A stretch of 63,141 nt of DNA, the filler included, from Corallochytrium limacisporum Hawaii (taxonomy: Eukaryota > Protista > Pluriformea): assembly GCA_002811645.1 (NCBI GenBank). It is 3 parts of 3 records of this genome, joined end to end, with 100 filler letters (N's around TTAATTAATTAA, not from the genome) between each part and the next. Parts side by side here need not be neighbours in the genome. Positions count along the whole stretch, not along the records: positions 19,687 to 43,239 come from PDIP01000126.1; positions 43,340 to 63,141 come from PDIP01000176.1; 1 more part is not named here. One strand, written 5' to 3'. Below the pieces are notes generated by a model that saw nothing but the letters and a program-made list of their open reading frames with translations, was not told the origin of the DNA and did not search any database. This document shows, piece after piece, positions 34,131 through 46,304 of the stretch. The translations under genes and the position numbers were made by a program. How positions within the stretch are numbered: the stretch's first letter is position 1; each line of letters opens with the position of its first letter.

Positions 34131-37100
34131 CCCGTTTGGATCCAGATCTGATCCGCTTCCACTTTCTCCGTTTCATCCCTCTGCTGTACCCATAGGCGTA
34201 GCGCTAATGGTACACTGCCGACCCATAGTTAACGAAACAGACGATGAGGGGAAAGGCAGTCAGAGTCAATCTTCCAGTTACTCTTTCTCCACCGTACGGG
34301 CGCCCTGATGCTCTGTGCCTGTCGTCCGCAAAGGGAAGGAAATTGAAAGGACAGGGACCCGTCCAAACATGCCACCGCAAGTCTGCCAGATCCAAACATT
34401 CACTATAGAGAGCAGGGAAGAGAAGAGGAGGGGGGGAAGGGAAGGGACGGAGAGAAGTAGAGCAGAAGGGGGAGTGGGGGGAAGGGACGGTTGGGGCGGT
34501 GGGCTGTGGCTGTTTGAGGGCAGAGACGGTTGCAGGGTTCCCCCCCCGGGCATTGGTCCGTCCCGACCCGCAATTTTTTTTGGACCCCGGCCCGCAGGCA
34601 CGCCTGGTCCGCACGGGTTCGGTTTTCGTTGTCCCCCCCCCCCTCCTTTTTCTTCCACGTTTTGCTCCTCCTCGTCTTCCCATCTCTCGACCAGGGGGAG
34701 GGGCAGAGGAAAAAACGGTCCGGTAACCGAAGAGGGGCCAAGCTTTCTGTTCTTCGGGTGCGAAGGAGGGGGGCCGGAGGGGCCGGTGGTACTCGACTTT
34801 GGGCGCTTACCCCCCTCAACACGTCTAAAGGGTGTGCTAATTGACCATTTGCGTTCTCAATTGCCACAAGTTTTTTTCTTACCGGGCCTCGATTCATGGT
34901 TACATACCCAAGCGAGGAGTAATGCCCGCTCAAGGAGAGAAAAAAAACTCTCCCTCCTCTTCTGCAAAATCGGGTTGGTTTTGATGCATCATCATCATCA
35001 ACATCATCCGCCCTTTCGTAGATTTGGGAAAACTTGGTATCTATTTGTTTGACCTTACTTGTCTTTCCATTCTTCTTCGGTGTTCAATACGGGCCCGGCT
35101 CTTCACCTGGAAGCGCAATGAAGCCGTAATTTCCGGGAGGGGGGGGGTTCATTAGGTGGACCCAGAATTCAACAATAGGCAGCATCATCAATCCATTTAG
35201 AGACATTAAGCGCATAAACAAAGTAATGGTAAGAGCATAACATTGGGACACAACAAAGAAAAATCTTTTTTTTTTTGCTTGAGCTCTCTCTGTCTCTCTT
35301 TGTGCCATTTCCTTTACGCTTCGTCAAGCATCCTCCGCCTGTACCTGGCCGGAACCCTGTTTCAAAGTTTGGTGCTCCAATTCCGGAGTAACCCGCGAAA
35401 CCAAACTTCTTCCCCCTCCCCTCCCTCCCTTTCTTCTCTCCCCCCGCCCCAACTGTGACCGCCACCGGCTCCTCCTCCTCCCCCCCACCGGGGCGCTGGT
35501 GTTACTCCAGCGAGAAACTCTGGGGCCAAAAGTGGCAAGCCTTTGACCTTCCTGCCAAATTGAGCGGGCAGCCCTCCCCCTCGCTTCCCTCGGGAGAGAG
35601 GGGGAGAGGTGTGCGGGGTGTGCACACAGACCCCACATAAAAAAATAATACGGTGGTAGAAAATAAGGAGCGCTGGCCTGGGGAAGGGGCGGGGTACCCC
35701 AGAAGCAAGGCAAAAAAAAAAACAAAACCTCAAAAGACACACAAACAGACCGCTACGCACACACAGGGGAAAAGGTGGGGAGAGCGGGTAGGGAGGGGGA
35801 GGGGGAGGAAACAAGGGAAAAGGGCGGGCTGCGGTGAGGACGAGAGCTGTAAGCGCAAGCGGGGTTAGCCCAACTCCAAAAACTGGCTGATATCAAAGCA
35901 GTTATTTTTCAATGGTTTGGGGCCATGCATGGAGTTTCGCTGTGCGTTGCATTCTTATGGATCTCTCTGCTGGGGCCTTGCTCTTTGTGCAATACTATGA
36001 CCATGCGCAGAAAATGTGGCGCTGTAAATGTACGGATCTTTTGCCGAGCACGTCGACGATCTAGAGAGAGCTGCAGCAATGACCCTGCCGAGTACACAAT
36101 GACAGGGTAAACACAGGAACAGACTACACAAAGTCATCGGTTCCTGGTGCCTTCTGGCCCCGTGATGCCCTTGTGCTCGGTCCCAACTCCCTTGTAGATT
36201 TCAGAGTTCCTTGGCCAAGGGACACCATTTGAACAAATCTCGGCAGTCGGGAGAGAGACAGTATGTGCTGCCTCCTTCGCAGCGACATTTCCAAGAGGGC
36301 GACGAGCAGACGACCGTTCAGCAGCCATCAGGCCATCTGTCACAGATCATTCACAACACACCCAACACTCTATATCCACCACATTTCATCTAGTCAGCTG
36401 TGCTACGGCATGGCTGGTTGGTTCCTCCACAGTCTGCGCTACAGCCACCAATGGAGCGACCATCATCCTGCCTGATCTCGCTGCCCATGTCCTTCTACAA
36501 CGCTAGATATCATGGCAGTTCAGTATGCATGTACGTAGCCACCTCCTTACAGACTGCGCATCTCTGTACAATTCTGAGACGATTGTTGTGGTAAACCATG
36601 TCAGCTGTCTACTCTTCCGTCACCTCCTGTTCGTCCGAACTTGCTAATGGGGTACTGCGCGTGCGTCATACTTACGACTCTCTCTCTCTTTGGTGTTGGC
36701 TGTACCCTGATCTTGTTCAAAGTAAGTCATCATCAGTGCAGACCCACTTGCCTTGTACGGCAGGGACTGCAGGAGCAGGACGCTCTGGGGTTCCGGTGAA
36801 TGCTCAGGGCTTTTGTGTGACCTTCGAATTAAGACAAGTCCCGCCGCAGCAAAATTCTCGTTTCAAACTGCCCCGTAGTTGAACCGCCTTGGCGCGAGCA
36901 ATTTGTAGGTATAATTGGCCCCAAGAAAATTCCTTTTTCTCCAATTACCTTCTACTCATTTATGTTTTTTTGCGTTCGCCGCCCAATTTTCTGTTTTGTT
37001 TCGCTCTTGGGCCGTGTAACTCCACTGGGCCTCTCCCCACCTATGAGTTTGCCCTTCACCACAAAAGAAAAAAATTGGGCCCATGCCGCCGCCCAAAATG

Positions 37101-40100
37101 TGGTACTTTCACAACCGAACCCACAACAACGATTGCGGGGAAGGCAATGAGGGAAGGGGAGGGGGGGGGGCGGGGTTTGTGCAGTGTCAGCGACAAAATT
37201 CTCGGAGGGCCTCAGTACAAGAGCGTAACCCCAGAGTACAGAGGGCCGATCAAAGGAGCATCCTCAAAGACCTGTTTACGCCTTCGCTCTTGTGGGTTTC
37301 TGTGTTTTTTATTGTGTCATTTATGTATGGGAACATAGACAGCAAGCCATATCCCTAAGAGCTGTTCTTCTCAAGCTTCTGAGATCTTTTGTGGTGGAAT
37401 ATCTGTTGCGATCGACTGCCCAGAAAGCCTGGCAGAGGTTTGGATAGTATGTGACTCATCGCGAACGACCGCGATGGACATCAGGAAAGGAGGAACTCCC
37501 CTTAATGATCATTGCCTTGTTACCGAAAGCCAGAACCAGGAGCATACAACTTCCACGAGGACCACGATCGACGGTCCCACACAGCATCGCATTTGCCCGG
37601 CCCTTCACAGCAAGGTGCAACTTCTTTACAACCCTCCCGGTTCAGAAATTAAAGTCCATCCATAGCATGTTGTCATGTATCAGCAAAAAAAATAGTTTCA
37701 AGTCCCATACATTTAGCCTCAAACTGTTGTCTCCTCGATGACAAACGAAACCCCCGTGGCCACCCAAGGACGCGCTGCGGGGAACGGGGGCATCGCCGCC
37801 AGGATGGATAGCCATATTTGGGAATCAAATGAAGAGAGTTCCCTTGTATGGGGTCCAATGATGCTGCATTTGGGAAACGAATCAAAATCTTTTGAAGAGC
37901 CTTCCAAGAAGAAACTCGCGCCTCCCGCCCACTTGGTGCCCGTAAGCCCGAGGGCGGGGCGTTTCTATTTGCTTTGTCGCCGTGATCGTCGACTACCGTC
38001 GCTTGTAATTTGGGTCTCGATTTTAGTGGCGCTGGGCCGATTCCAGAGACACGACACAGTAGTAGATCCAAACTTTTCGTGGGTCTGTTTCGCAGGTGAA
38101 GGCAAGGCACACTGTGCAAGCACAAACGCCTACAAAATTTGCGCAGTTCTTTCACTCTTGTTGTTGGCAAAGGGTGGGTGATATGTGCAAGGGTATGGGC
38201 CCTTGCTGTACACTGCGTCGTCGGTGGATGGACCTAGTTGGGAAAAAAGTTTAATGACATAGGCAAAACTAAGACATCGCCAACGTCCAGGGCCAGCACC
38301 GATTAGGGCAAGCTATGCGGGTACATGCCAACAAGTTGTGATCCAAAATGGGTGAAAGGGTGCTGCTTGTTTCGACGTTCTGGGAATCGGTCTATCCCGT
38401 CGCGACAGTTTGACTTGACTCCGGGGCAAGAGAGACAAAGGGCCCTAAACGTTTACGAAAGAATGTAGATTCTTGTAAGGAGCTACAAGGGCATACAACG
38501 TCGTTCACTATAGCTTCGAATGGCCCATCGTGTCCCTATACACCAGTGTTTCTGCGAAGACAAGATCGGTCCTTCCATCCTTCTCCCCACCCCATCCTTC
38601 CATTCACTTTCCATGGCAAAGAAGGTGCCATGAGGGGACCTGGCCGTGGGGGGGGGTGCCGCTCCTCCCTGCTCACTCGCTCCTTTCGTCCTGTCGGTTT
38701 GGAAGTGGCGCGAAGTATTTGGCCCCCGAGCCTGTCGGGGCGTGTTTATATTACCTTGACCTGGTTGCCAATTCCAACACTAAATTCGGGCATCTAGCAC
38801 CTGACCAGGCACTTGACCTTGACAAAGTGCATGATATAGAACACCATCATCTGCCAGCGAAAGAACGCCATCTTATAGCACTGTTGGGTAGATTATTCCG
38901 AACAAAGGTTAAGTTGACTATGGCAGTTGCAATGGACGCAGCGACTCTTAACTATGACCTTCCTGTGGGACTATGTACATAGGCACCGAAGGGCACGCGT
39001 TACTTTGCTGCAATTCATGAATGGTTCTGAGAAACCTTTATACTCCGAACCGGGACGGTCTTCGCAACATAAATCTCGGACAATACAACCTTGTTGTTCA
39101 GACTCAGGACATCACAACTTTAAAGGAGTGCTCGATATGCGATCTTCCAATGATGCCGTTCCCACCAGACATCAACGGATGTGGCCTTGCGAGCATTCCC
39201 GAAGATCATGGCGTATACTTTCACGGTCGGAGTGTGAGGGCCGGGTCTTGTGATATCTCAGTGAAATGGACCCCGAACACGTTCCTTTGCGATCGGCAGA
39301 TGTAATAGAAATGTGATGGAGATATAGCAAAAAAAAAATTCTGCAGTTGTAACAATTTGTCATGGACTCCGTGTTGTTTGTATCATTATACACACCACCC
39401 GTAGACAGATCCGCCGCCACAAGTTCGTCGCCGCCCACTCGCACTTACGGAACACACGAGGTTTCTGATTTAGATCGCATCTTTCAGTTGATCTGTTACA
39501 CACATGAATGAGAATCTTGACAGTCTCTTCAGCTAGTCTACTTGATGCTGCGAACAACTCTTCTCTGATTTACAACTCGAGAACAATTCAGGTTCTGCAT
39601 CCGACCTGTGACAATCAGCTGCCCATTCGCACAATGCTGACAGTTGTGAAACCATTCGGCCAACCAAGCCAACGGAACCCCCAGCCCGCGGCCGAACCCA
39701 TGGCCGAGGGCAAGTTTTCCCGAACCGTGCTGCGCCCATAACTTTGTAAGGGCTGCTATCTTTAGTAACACTGCTGCGAATGGTATAGCCAGGGCCGTCG
39801 ATAAATTTCAGTACTGAATATACTGTAACATTTTCACCAAGAAAAAATTTGCCTTCGAGTTCCGAGGCAGTCCTTGCAAAGCGACTCGGAACCGAGATAT
39901 GTGAAATCATCAGAGTGGCCACGATTTGCTGAAACACTCCGCATATAAAGTCTACCACTGCCAGGGTAGACACTTCTCACACCCCGCAGATTAAGCTCGC
40001 ACTGACACACACACTCTCACACACTGAGCGGACTCTAACGGGCGAGCTACCACTCTGTCCACGATTCTACTGAAAGACGCCCAGCAGCTGGCAAGTATGA

Positions 40101-41193
40101 GCCACGGGCCAGATTAAAGTAGCAGCAGTCAGTGCTCGAGGTATCCCGTCCCGCTTCATTTTCATGAAGACCACGAGTCTTGTTCAGAACCAACACAAAC
40201 ACCATGCATGCTCATTCTTAGGCAGGCTTATAGGACACATACAGGAACATGGCCAATGGATTTTGTACTGTTCTCAGAGGGCCCTCCTGATGGTGGTCGA
40301 AGGATGGTGGTGGCAGCACACTAATAAGAGGAACGCTTGCGGACGCTTGCGACCGCTCTCAAAGTCTCTACCGCGACTCATCCTACACAGAACTTTCTTG
40401 AGCACCATCCTTCCAGAGACAACCAGCAATCAATGCCATGTGGTATGCTCTTGTCTCTATGGGTTGGAACACGGATGGCCATACCTGAAGAGACAATACT
40501 TACAGCTGAGTTGTGGGCGGCAAGCTCGTTGTGGGTTGTCGTTCAGGGCGGTGAACGAGCGTACTTAGGTGGTCGCTGCGATCTCACATCCCAGAAATCT
40601 TTGGTTGTGGCGCTTGGCGATGGGAACTTTCCAATCGTACACGGCTGCGCGGACGAACCGGAGGCGCGAAAAACGGATACCATCAGCGCCTCCTACACTT
40701 CTCTGGTTTCCTTGGGGTTATGTGTGAAGTACGTCACATTTAAGATCCCCTGATCATGGACCCTTAACTACAACTGAGCTATTCAATCTTACACAGTGTC
40801 ACACACGCCTGCGAGCGTGAACGGGGGTGGTCTGTGAGAGCGTGAGCCTGGACAGGGTGAAGTCACTACTACCACTGAAATGCCAGTTCACGCCAGCTCT
40901 GCTTTTTTTGCCTTGTGACCCAATTCACTCACTATTCATAGATCAATCTGTGAGGTATCCAATAGCGTTTTTTTTTCGTCACACACACTGTTACCCTCGC
41001 ACCCCTCATACCCATACGCGCGATTCATTCCAGCACTGTCAGGTCGCGCTCGTTCGTGTCGAATTCTACGCAAAATTTTGTATGTAAACGTGAGTGTGTG
41101 TCTGGGCATGCAAGCGTGTGGGGTATGTTTGTGTGTGCATGAAAGAGTGTGGAGTATGTGCATGTGTGCGTGAAAGAATGTTGTGGGGTATGC

Positions 41194-42000
41194 GTGTGTG
41201 TGTGTGTGTGTGTGTGTGNNNNNNNNNNNNNNNNNNNNNNNNNNNNNNNNNNNNNNNNNNNNNNNNNNNNNNNNNNNNNNNNNNNNNNNNNNNNNNNNNN
41301 NNNNNNNNNNNNNNNNNNNNNNNNNNNNNNNNNNNNNNNNNNNNNNNNNNNNNNNNNNNNNNNNNNNNNNNNNNNNNNNNNNNNNNNNNNNNNNNNNNNN
41401 NNNNNNNNNNNNNNNNNNNNNNNNNNNNNNNNNNNNNNNNNNNNNNNNNNNNNNNNNNNNNNNNNNNNNNNNNNNNNNNNNNNNNNNNNNNNNNNNNNNN
41501 NNNNNNNNNNNNNNNNNNNNNNNNNNNNNNNNNNNNNNNNNNNNNNNNNNNNNNNNNNNNNNNNNNNNNNNNNNNNNNNNNNNNNNNNNNNNNNNNNNNN
41601 NNNNNNNNNNNNNNNNNNNNNNNNNNNNNNNNNNNNNNNNNNNNNNNNNNNNNNNNNNNNNNNNNNNNNNNNNNNNNNNNNNNNNNNNNNNNNNNNNNNN
41701 NNNNNNNNNNNNNNNNNNNNNNNNNNNNNNNNNNNNNNNNNNNNNNNNNNNNNNNNNNNNNNNNNNNNNNNNNNNNNNNNNNNNNNNNNNNNNNNNNNNN
41801 NNNNNNNNNNNNNNNNNNNNNNNNNNNNNNNNNNNNNNNNNNNNNNNNNNNNNNNNNNNNNNNNNNNNNNNNNNNNNNNNNNNNNNNNNNNNNNNNNNNN
41901 NNNNNNNNNNNNNNNNNNNNNNNNNNNNNNNNNNNNNNNNNNNNNNNNNNNNNNNNNNNNNNNNNNNNNNNNGTGTGTGTGTGTGTGTGTGTGTGTGTGT
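41194..42000. repeat. (GT)n microsatellite on both sides of a 754-N gap
   Basis: GT runs at 41194-41218 and 41973-42000; N at 41219-41972. Confidence 0.95.
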
Positions 42001-43153
42001 TAAAGAGATTTTGTCATAGACGTTTGTCCTTGTGTGACCAGTCAATGACGCTTTATGATGACATTTTGAGAGAGTACTTGAGTAGGGGTGTCACAAGTGC
42101 ATGGCTGTTGAAGGACCTGGGTTTTTGTTGAGTACTGAATAAATACACTCCGGACGCTGAAGGCGTGAAGGTCGTGGTCCTGGATCCCGACGACTATATT
42201 TCATTGTTGATTGATAAAACAAAAAGAGGCAAATTTAATGGCTCGGGGAAGCACACACGAAACTATTAATACTTCTAAGTTGACGATTTCTATATTGTAC
42301 CCATGTGGTATAGGGCGGTGGTTTCATCGTGGTGTCCGCCCTTCTGTCTCTGTCTTCCTCTCTCGCTCTTTCGGTGTTTTGGTTTGCTCTCACCACTCTC
42401 TCGCGATTCTTCTCTGTTGGCATCACATCGATCGCTCAACCCGTATCCTTACATATCTTCTTGATATCGGTGGCAGCTCTCCTTTCTTTGCGTGGGTGGT
42501 ATTGTACTACGACACGGTCACTCTCTCTCCTTCTCCGTGTGTGTCTGTGTATTTGTTTACGTGTCTCGCCCTCTCTCCTTTCTCTCCCTGAATATGTGTC
42601 TGTGTGTGTGTGTATAGAAATTATGCCATTGTTTTGCATCTGTTTGTTGAGATTCTTGACAAGTGTGAGAGCTAGATTGGTGTGGTGATTTCTTTTTGCA
42701 TGGCAGTGTGTTCCTATTTCTGGTTGTATGCCTGAAGCCATCGAAAGGGTTCCCTTCAAGTTCCAGTCGTCAACAACTCCATTCGAAATGATTGATTGAA
42801 TCCCAGTTGCCGACACCTGACGTGAAAGTTGTTTGTCATATGCGTGGAGGAATTGCGCTTATTGGCCTTTGAAGATTTCCTAATATCTGTATAAAATAGC
42901 TCAAACTCGTCCGCCCGCCACCGGCAGCTACCATGTTGAGCAAACTCCGTTAATGATTGTAGCGCTGTGACTGAGCCTCGCAAGAAAACCGTGGGTTCTG
43001 GGTAGCTATACAAGACAGAACTATACATTTCATCAAATGCTAAGGATGGGTATTAAAGTGGTCGTAGTGAGCACACGGTTTTGCTTACGGAAAAGTCAAG
43101 GCCCCCAGTACTTCTCGCCTCTCTCGCCAACTTTGGAGATTGTGAGTACATGA

Positions 43154-43225
43154 TACCAACCTCTGCCCCATAAGTTAAGGAGGAATCTGCCTAAAAACAT
43201 GCACCGTAATATAAGGAGGGAGATT
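43154..43225 (-). repeat. 72-bp repeat, copy B (inverted relative to 1-72), ending 14 nt before the contig end
   Basis: Exact reverse complement of 1-72. Confidence 0.95.
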
Positions 43226-43239
43226 CTGATTTTTTCTCC

Positions 43240-43339
43240 NNNNNNNNNNNNNNNNNNNNNNNNNNNNNNNNNNNNNNNNNNNNTTAATTAATTAANNNNN
43301 NNNNNNNNNNNNNNNNNNNNNNNNNNNNNNNNNNNNNNN
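43240..43339. other. Artificial contig spacer (N44-TTAATTAATTAA-N44)
   Basis: Same 100-nt structure as 19587-19686. Confidence 0.97.
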
Positions 43340-46013
43340 GGGGGGAAGAACGGAAGGACACAAACAAGCGGCCGCTGAGAAAGGAGTGGCAGGAGACGGG
43401 GGCTTCCAAGCTCCGGAGCGGGCTCCCTCCACGTTCGTTGCTGTTATTGTTCGTCGCAGTGTCTTGTGATGTGCGCTTGCCTATGATGTCGTTCCTTGTT
43501 ATGAAGCAAGGTGCGATCTGGAGCTCCTTGTAAACGGAACTAGTGGGAGGTGAAGAAATATCTTTCTAACTTTCGTCCATCTGATGAGTGCCGGCGCGCT
43601 TGAGGTGATGCAGATCGTGGAGGAAAGCCCGCAACGCTTACCATACCGGCAGATCAAGGTACTACACGATTGTAGTACAGAAGAACACTTTAGACGACGA
43701 CGGAGTGACAGCTGACCCACCAGACTTGCTGGATGCGAAGGGCAACGGGCTCGTTTGACGTCGTAGCAGGCTCAGCGGACATATGCAACGGGCTATGAGC
43801 CCATTACTACCTCATGCGTAGAACACTTGTAACAACGTTCTTGGGATCCAACAGAACCCGCATACCTCCTTTGCGAGAGAACTAGGCCCGAGGCCTCGGG
43901 CGATCATCTCATTTCTCTCTTTGTTGGCTTCAACGCCGCAGCAACAGGCATCGAACAAAATTAACGGTTCTGCTGGTTCCCGAGTGCGTCTCTGGGTCCC
44001 GTGTGAACATGTGCGGTAACGAGTTAGGGGGAAAGAAGAAGAAGGGCTTTTTAAAAGGTTGGTATGAGTGTTAGATGTTGTTCCTCGAATACTTCCTAGC
44101 CCCTGTCCACCCGTCCGTCTTCTCGTTCTGATTGTCAGAAGTATTTTTGTGCGCCGGGCCGTTTAGAAGCCAGTTTCAACTGGGGTTGGTACGTAGGTAG
44201 GTGCGTTGTTGCCCTCCTTCTTCCTCTTTGAACTGTCTATCGGGTGGCATAATCTTGGTTCCCGCATCGCTAGTGATGCAAAGGAGCATTCTAACCCCTC
44301 TCCGTCATCTTCCCTTTTGTCTGTGCTACTGTAACATCCATAAACTTAATGGCAACTTTCCGCCGCGGCCGGATGCCTGACAAGGGAGCGGTCGCTGAGG
44401 ATGAACTAGCTAATCTGCCTCGCCCAGTATCTTGCTTCCTATCTCTCCGCTAAACGCGCCATCGTCACGGATTCTCCAACTGACACCGAAAGCCAGTGCC
44501 TCTTCACGCTTCTGCGAGAGAGTGCACCGAACAAAGGTCGCGACGACAAGTTTACTCGGGCATCATTTGACAGAAAGATTGGATTGGGAGATTATCTGAT
44601 AAATGTGTCAAGCCACCTCACCCACCACCCCCATCTTCCCGTTTTCCGTTTACGCGCTTAACGCATGCAAATCACTACTTTATCACACAGAAACACTCAG
44701 ATCGTCCGGGTTCTTCCGTATCCTCTTGCTTATCCGGGAAGCACACCACCGTGCAACGCATTACAAGTTAACCAGTTTTTCGGCAGAAAGCGCGAGCATT
44801 CATGTTACAGGCACCTAGGCATCTAAATCGAAAGGCGGGAGAGCCGTAAATGAAGCCCTCTTGAAAATTTGAAGCTCCGGCTCTAAACACCTGAACCCCT
44901 ATCTTCCTGATTAAAAACATTGGCCATGAATAATATACGGGCTATGTCATATACATTTCATCCTGTACGTGGTGTATTTGAAAATAAAACTTGCTTATGG
45001 AATATGTATAAGCAAAAGTTACTATATAATATCCGGACAATATAATACGCTATGTTGAATCCTCATTGAGCCCGCCCCCTGCCGTGTTCGTGTTTCCATA
45101 CATTGGATACTGAACCTGCGGTGGCACACCATTGCACGTCAGTCCTCTCTTCTCCCAGAACCACACTTTCGCTGTTCTCCACAGTGGAAATCACATTGGC
45201 CTCTGTTCTTACTGTTGTAAAACCTACAGTACGAGTTGGCACAAATTAATGCTGACGTGGGTCACTGCCTGCAGGAGACATGGCAAGAAGCATTGTTCAC
45301 GATACTTTCTGAAAGAAATGGAACATATTCAATATAGAAACGTACACCTTCGTATGTGGAGAATAGACACAACCATAGTCTTCAGCCCTGGAGTAGAGGG
45401 CACCTGTGAGGGCCAACGTCCGGACGACCGGGACAGCAACAGGAGGCCCCTGCACAGCGGCTGGAGAGGGCCTGTCCGCCCATCACCAGTTGACCCAGCT
45501 GCCCATCATAATCCGTCTCAGTTGCATCAGAAGAGTTCTTCGACTTCTTCGTAGAATGCCTGCGGACTGCGAACATGATGGCAGCGCAAGAAAGAGCAGG
45601 CTCCAGAACCCATGGATTGTGCAAGTGGAGACCGGCAGAGAAAGAAGGGCTGATGCTGGGCCTTGGCTCCAACTGGCGACCGCAACACCCGGCGATGGGA
45701 AGATAGAGGCTGTGTTCGGTGGTCAAGACAAGCCTTATGGCTAGGCCAAGCATACAATGCAAGTCGGATTATATCTGGGGACCGTTTTATGGATCAGAGT
45801 GGACGATCTCTACATGCTTTATGTCTATATCATATTGGGGCGAATAAGATTACGGGTCATTTGTTCCCAGGGGTTCATTTCATCCATTAGTTTTCCAGTC
45901 ACTAATCAAGCTCTTTGATACAGAAGCCGTGGGGAATGTGTAGCAAAGATAGAATCTGATCCCGAAAAGGAATATTTCCCGGCGCGGTGCCCAGTCAAAA
46001 AAGTTTCAATCAT

Positions 46014-46304
46014 TTACTTGTTGTGGATGACAATCAGGGCAATAATGACAGCAAGGATGGCCAGGACGACGAAGATACCGAGCCACGCCTTGAGGTTCTG
46101 CCACCAGTACTTGCTCTTCAGTTTGCGAGAGGTGCGTCCGAAACGGTTGGCCTCAACCTCCAGACCTTCGGCTCCAGCCTCCAAGTCGCTCAGCTTCTGC
46201 TCACGGTCCAGGACCTTGTTCATGTTGTTGCGCATAATGCCAGTGACCTCGTCAATCTGGCCCTGCACCTCAGGGAGTGCGCTGTTCTCTTGATAGTCGG
46301 ACAT
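46014..46304 (-). CDS. VAMP: Synaptobrevin/VAMP family R-SNARE (96 aa)
   Basis: VQGQIDEVTGIMRNNMNKVLDREQKLSDL...A..F...SRKLKSKYWWQNLK followed by a C-terminal TM helix. Confidence 0.96.
   Translation of the reverse strand: MSDYQENSALPEVQGQIDEVTGIMRNNMNKVLDREQKLSDLEAGAEGLEVEANRFGRTSRKLKSKYWWQNLKAWLGIFVVLAILAVIIALIVIHNK

Noticed and set aside
34204-35868. Several 120-245-aa Gly/Pro/Arg-rich ORFs
   Set aside because: GC-rich low-complexity DNA depleted of stops in all frames; no protein-like features
40936-42131. Long ORFs running through N gaps (also 58520-59157)
   Set aside because: Open only because of N runs and microsatellites
43176-43219. Two TAAGGAGG (Shine-Dalgarno-like) octamers in the 72-bp repeat
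   Set aside because: Eukaryotic DNA and no correctly spaced ORF; better read as an internal sub-repeat
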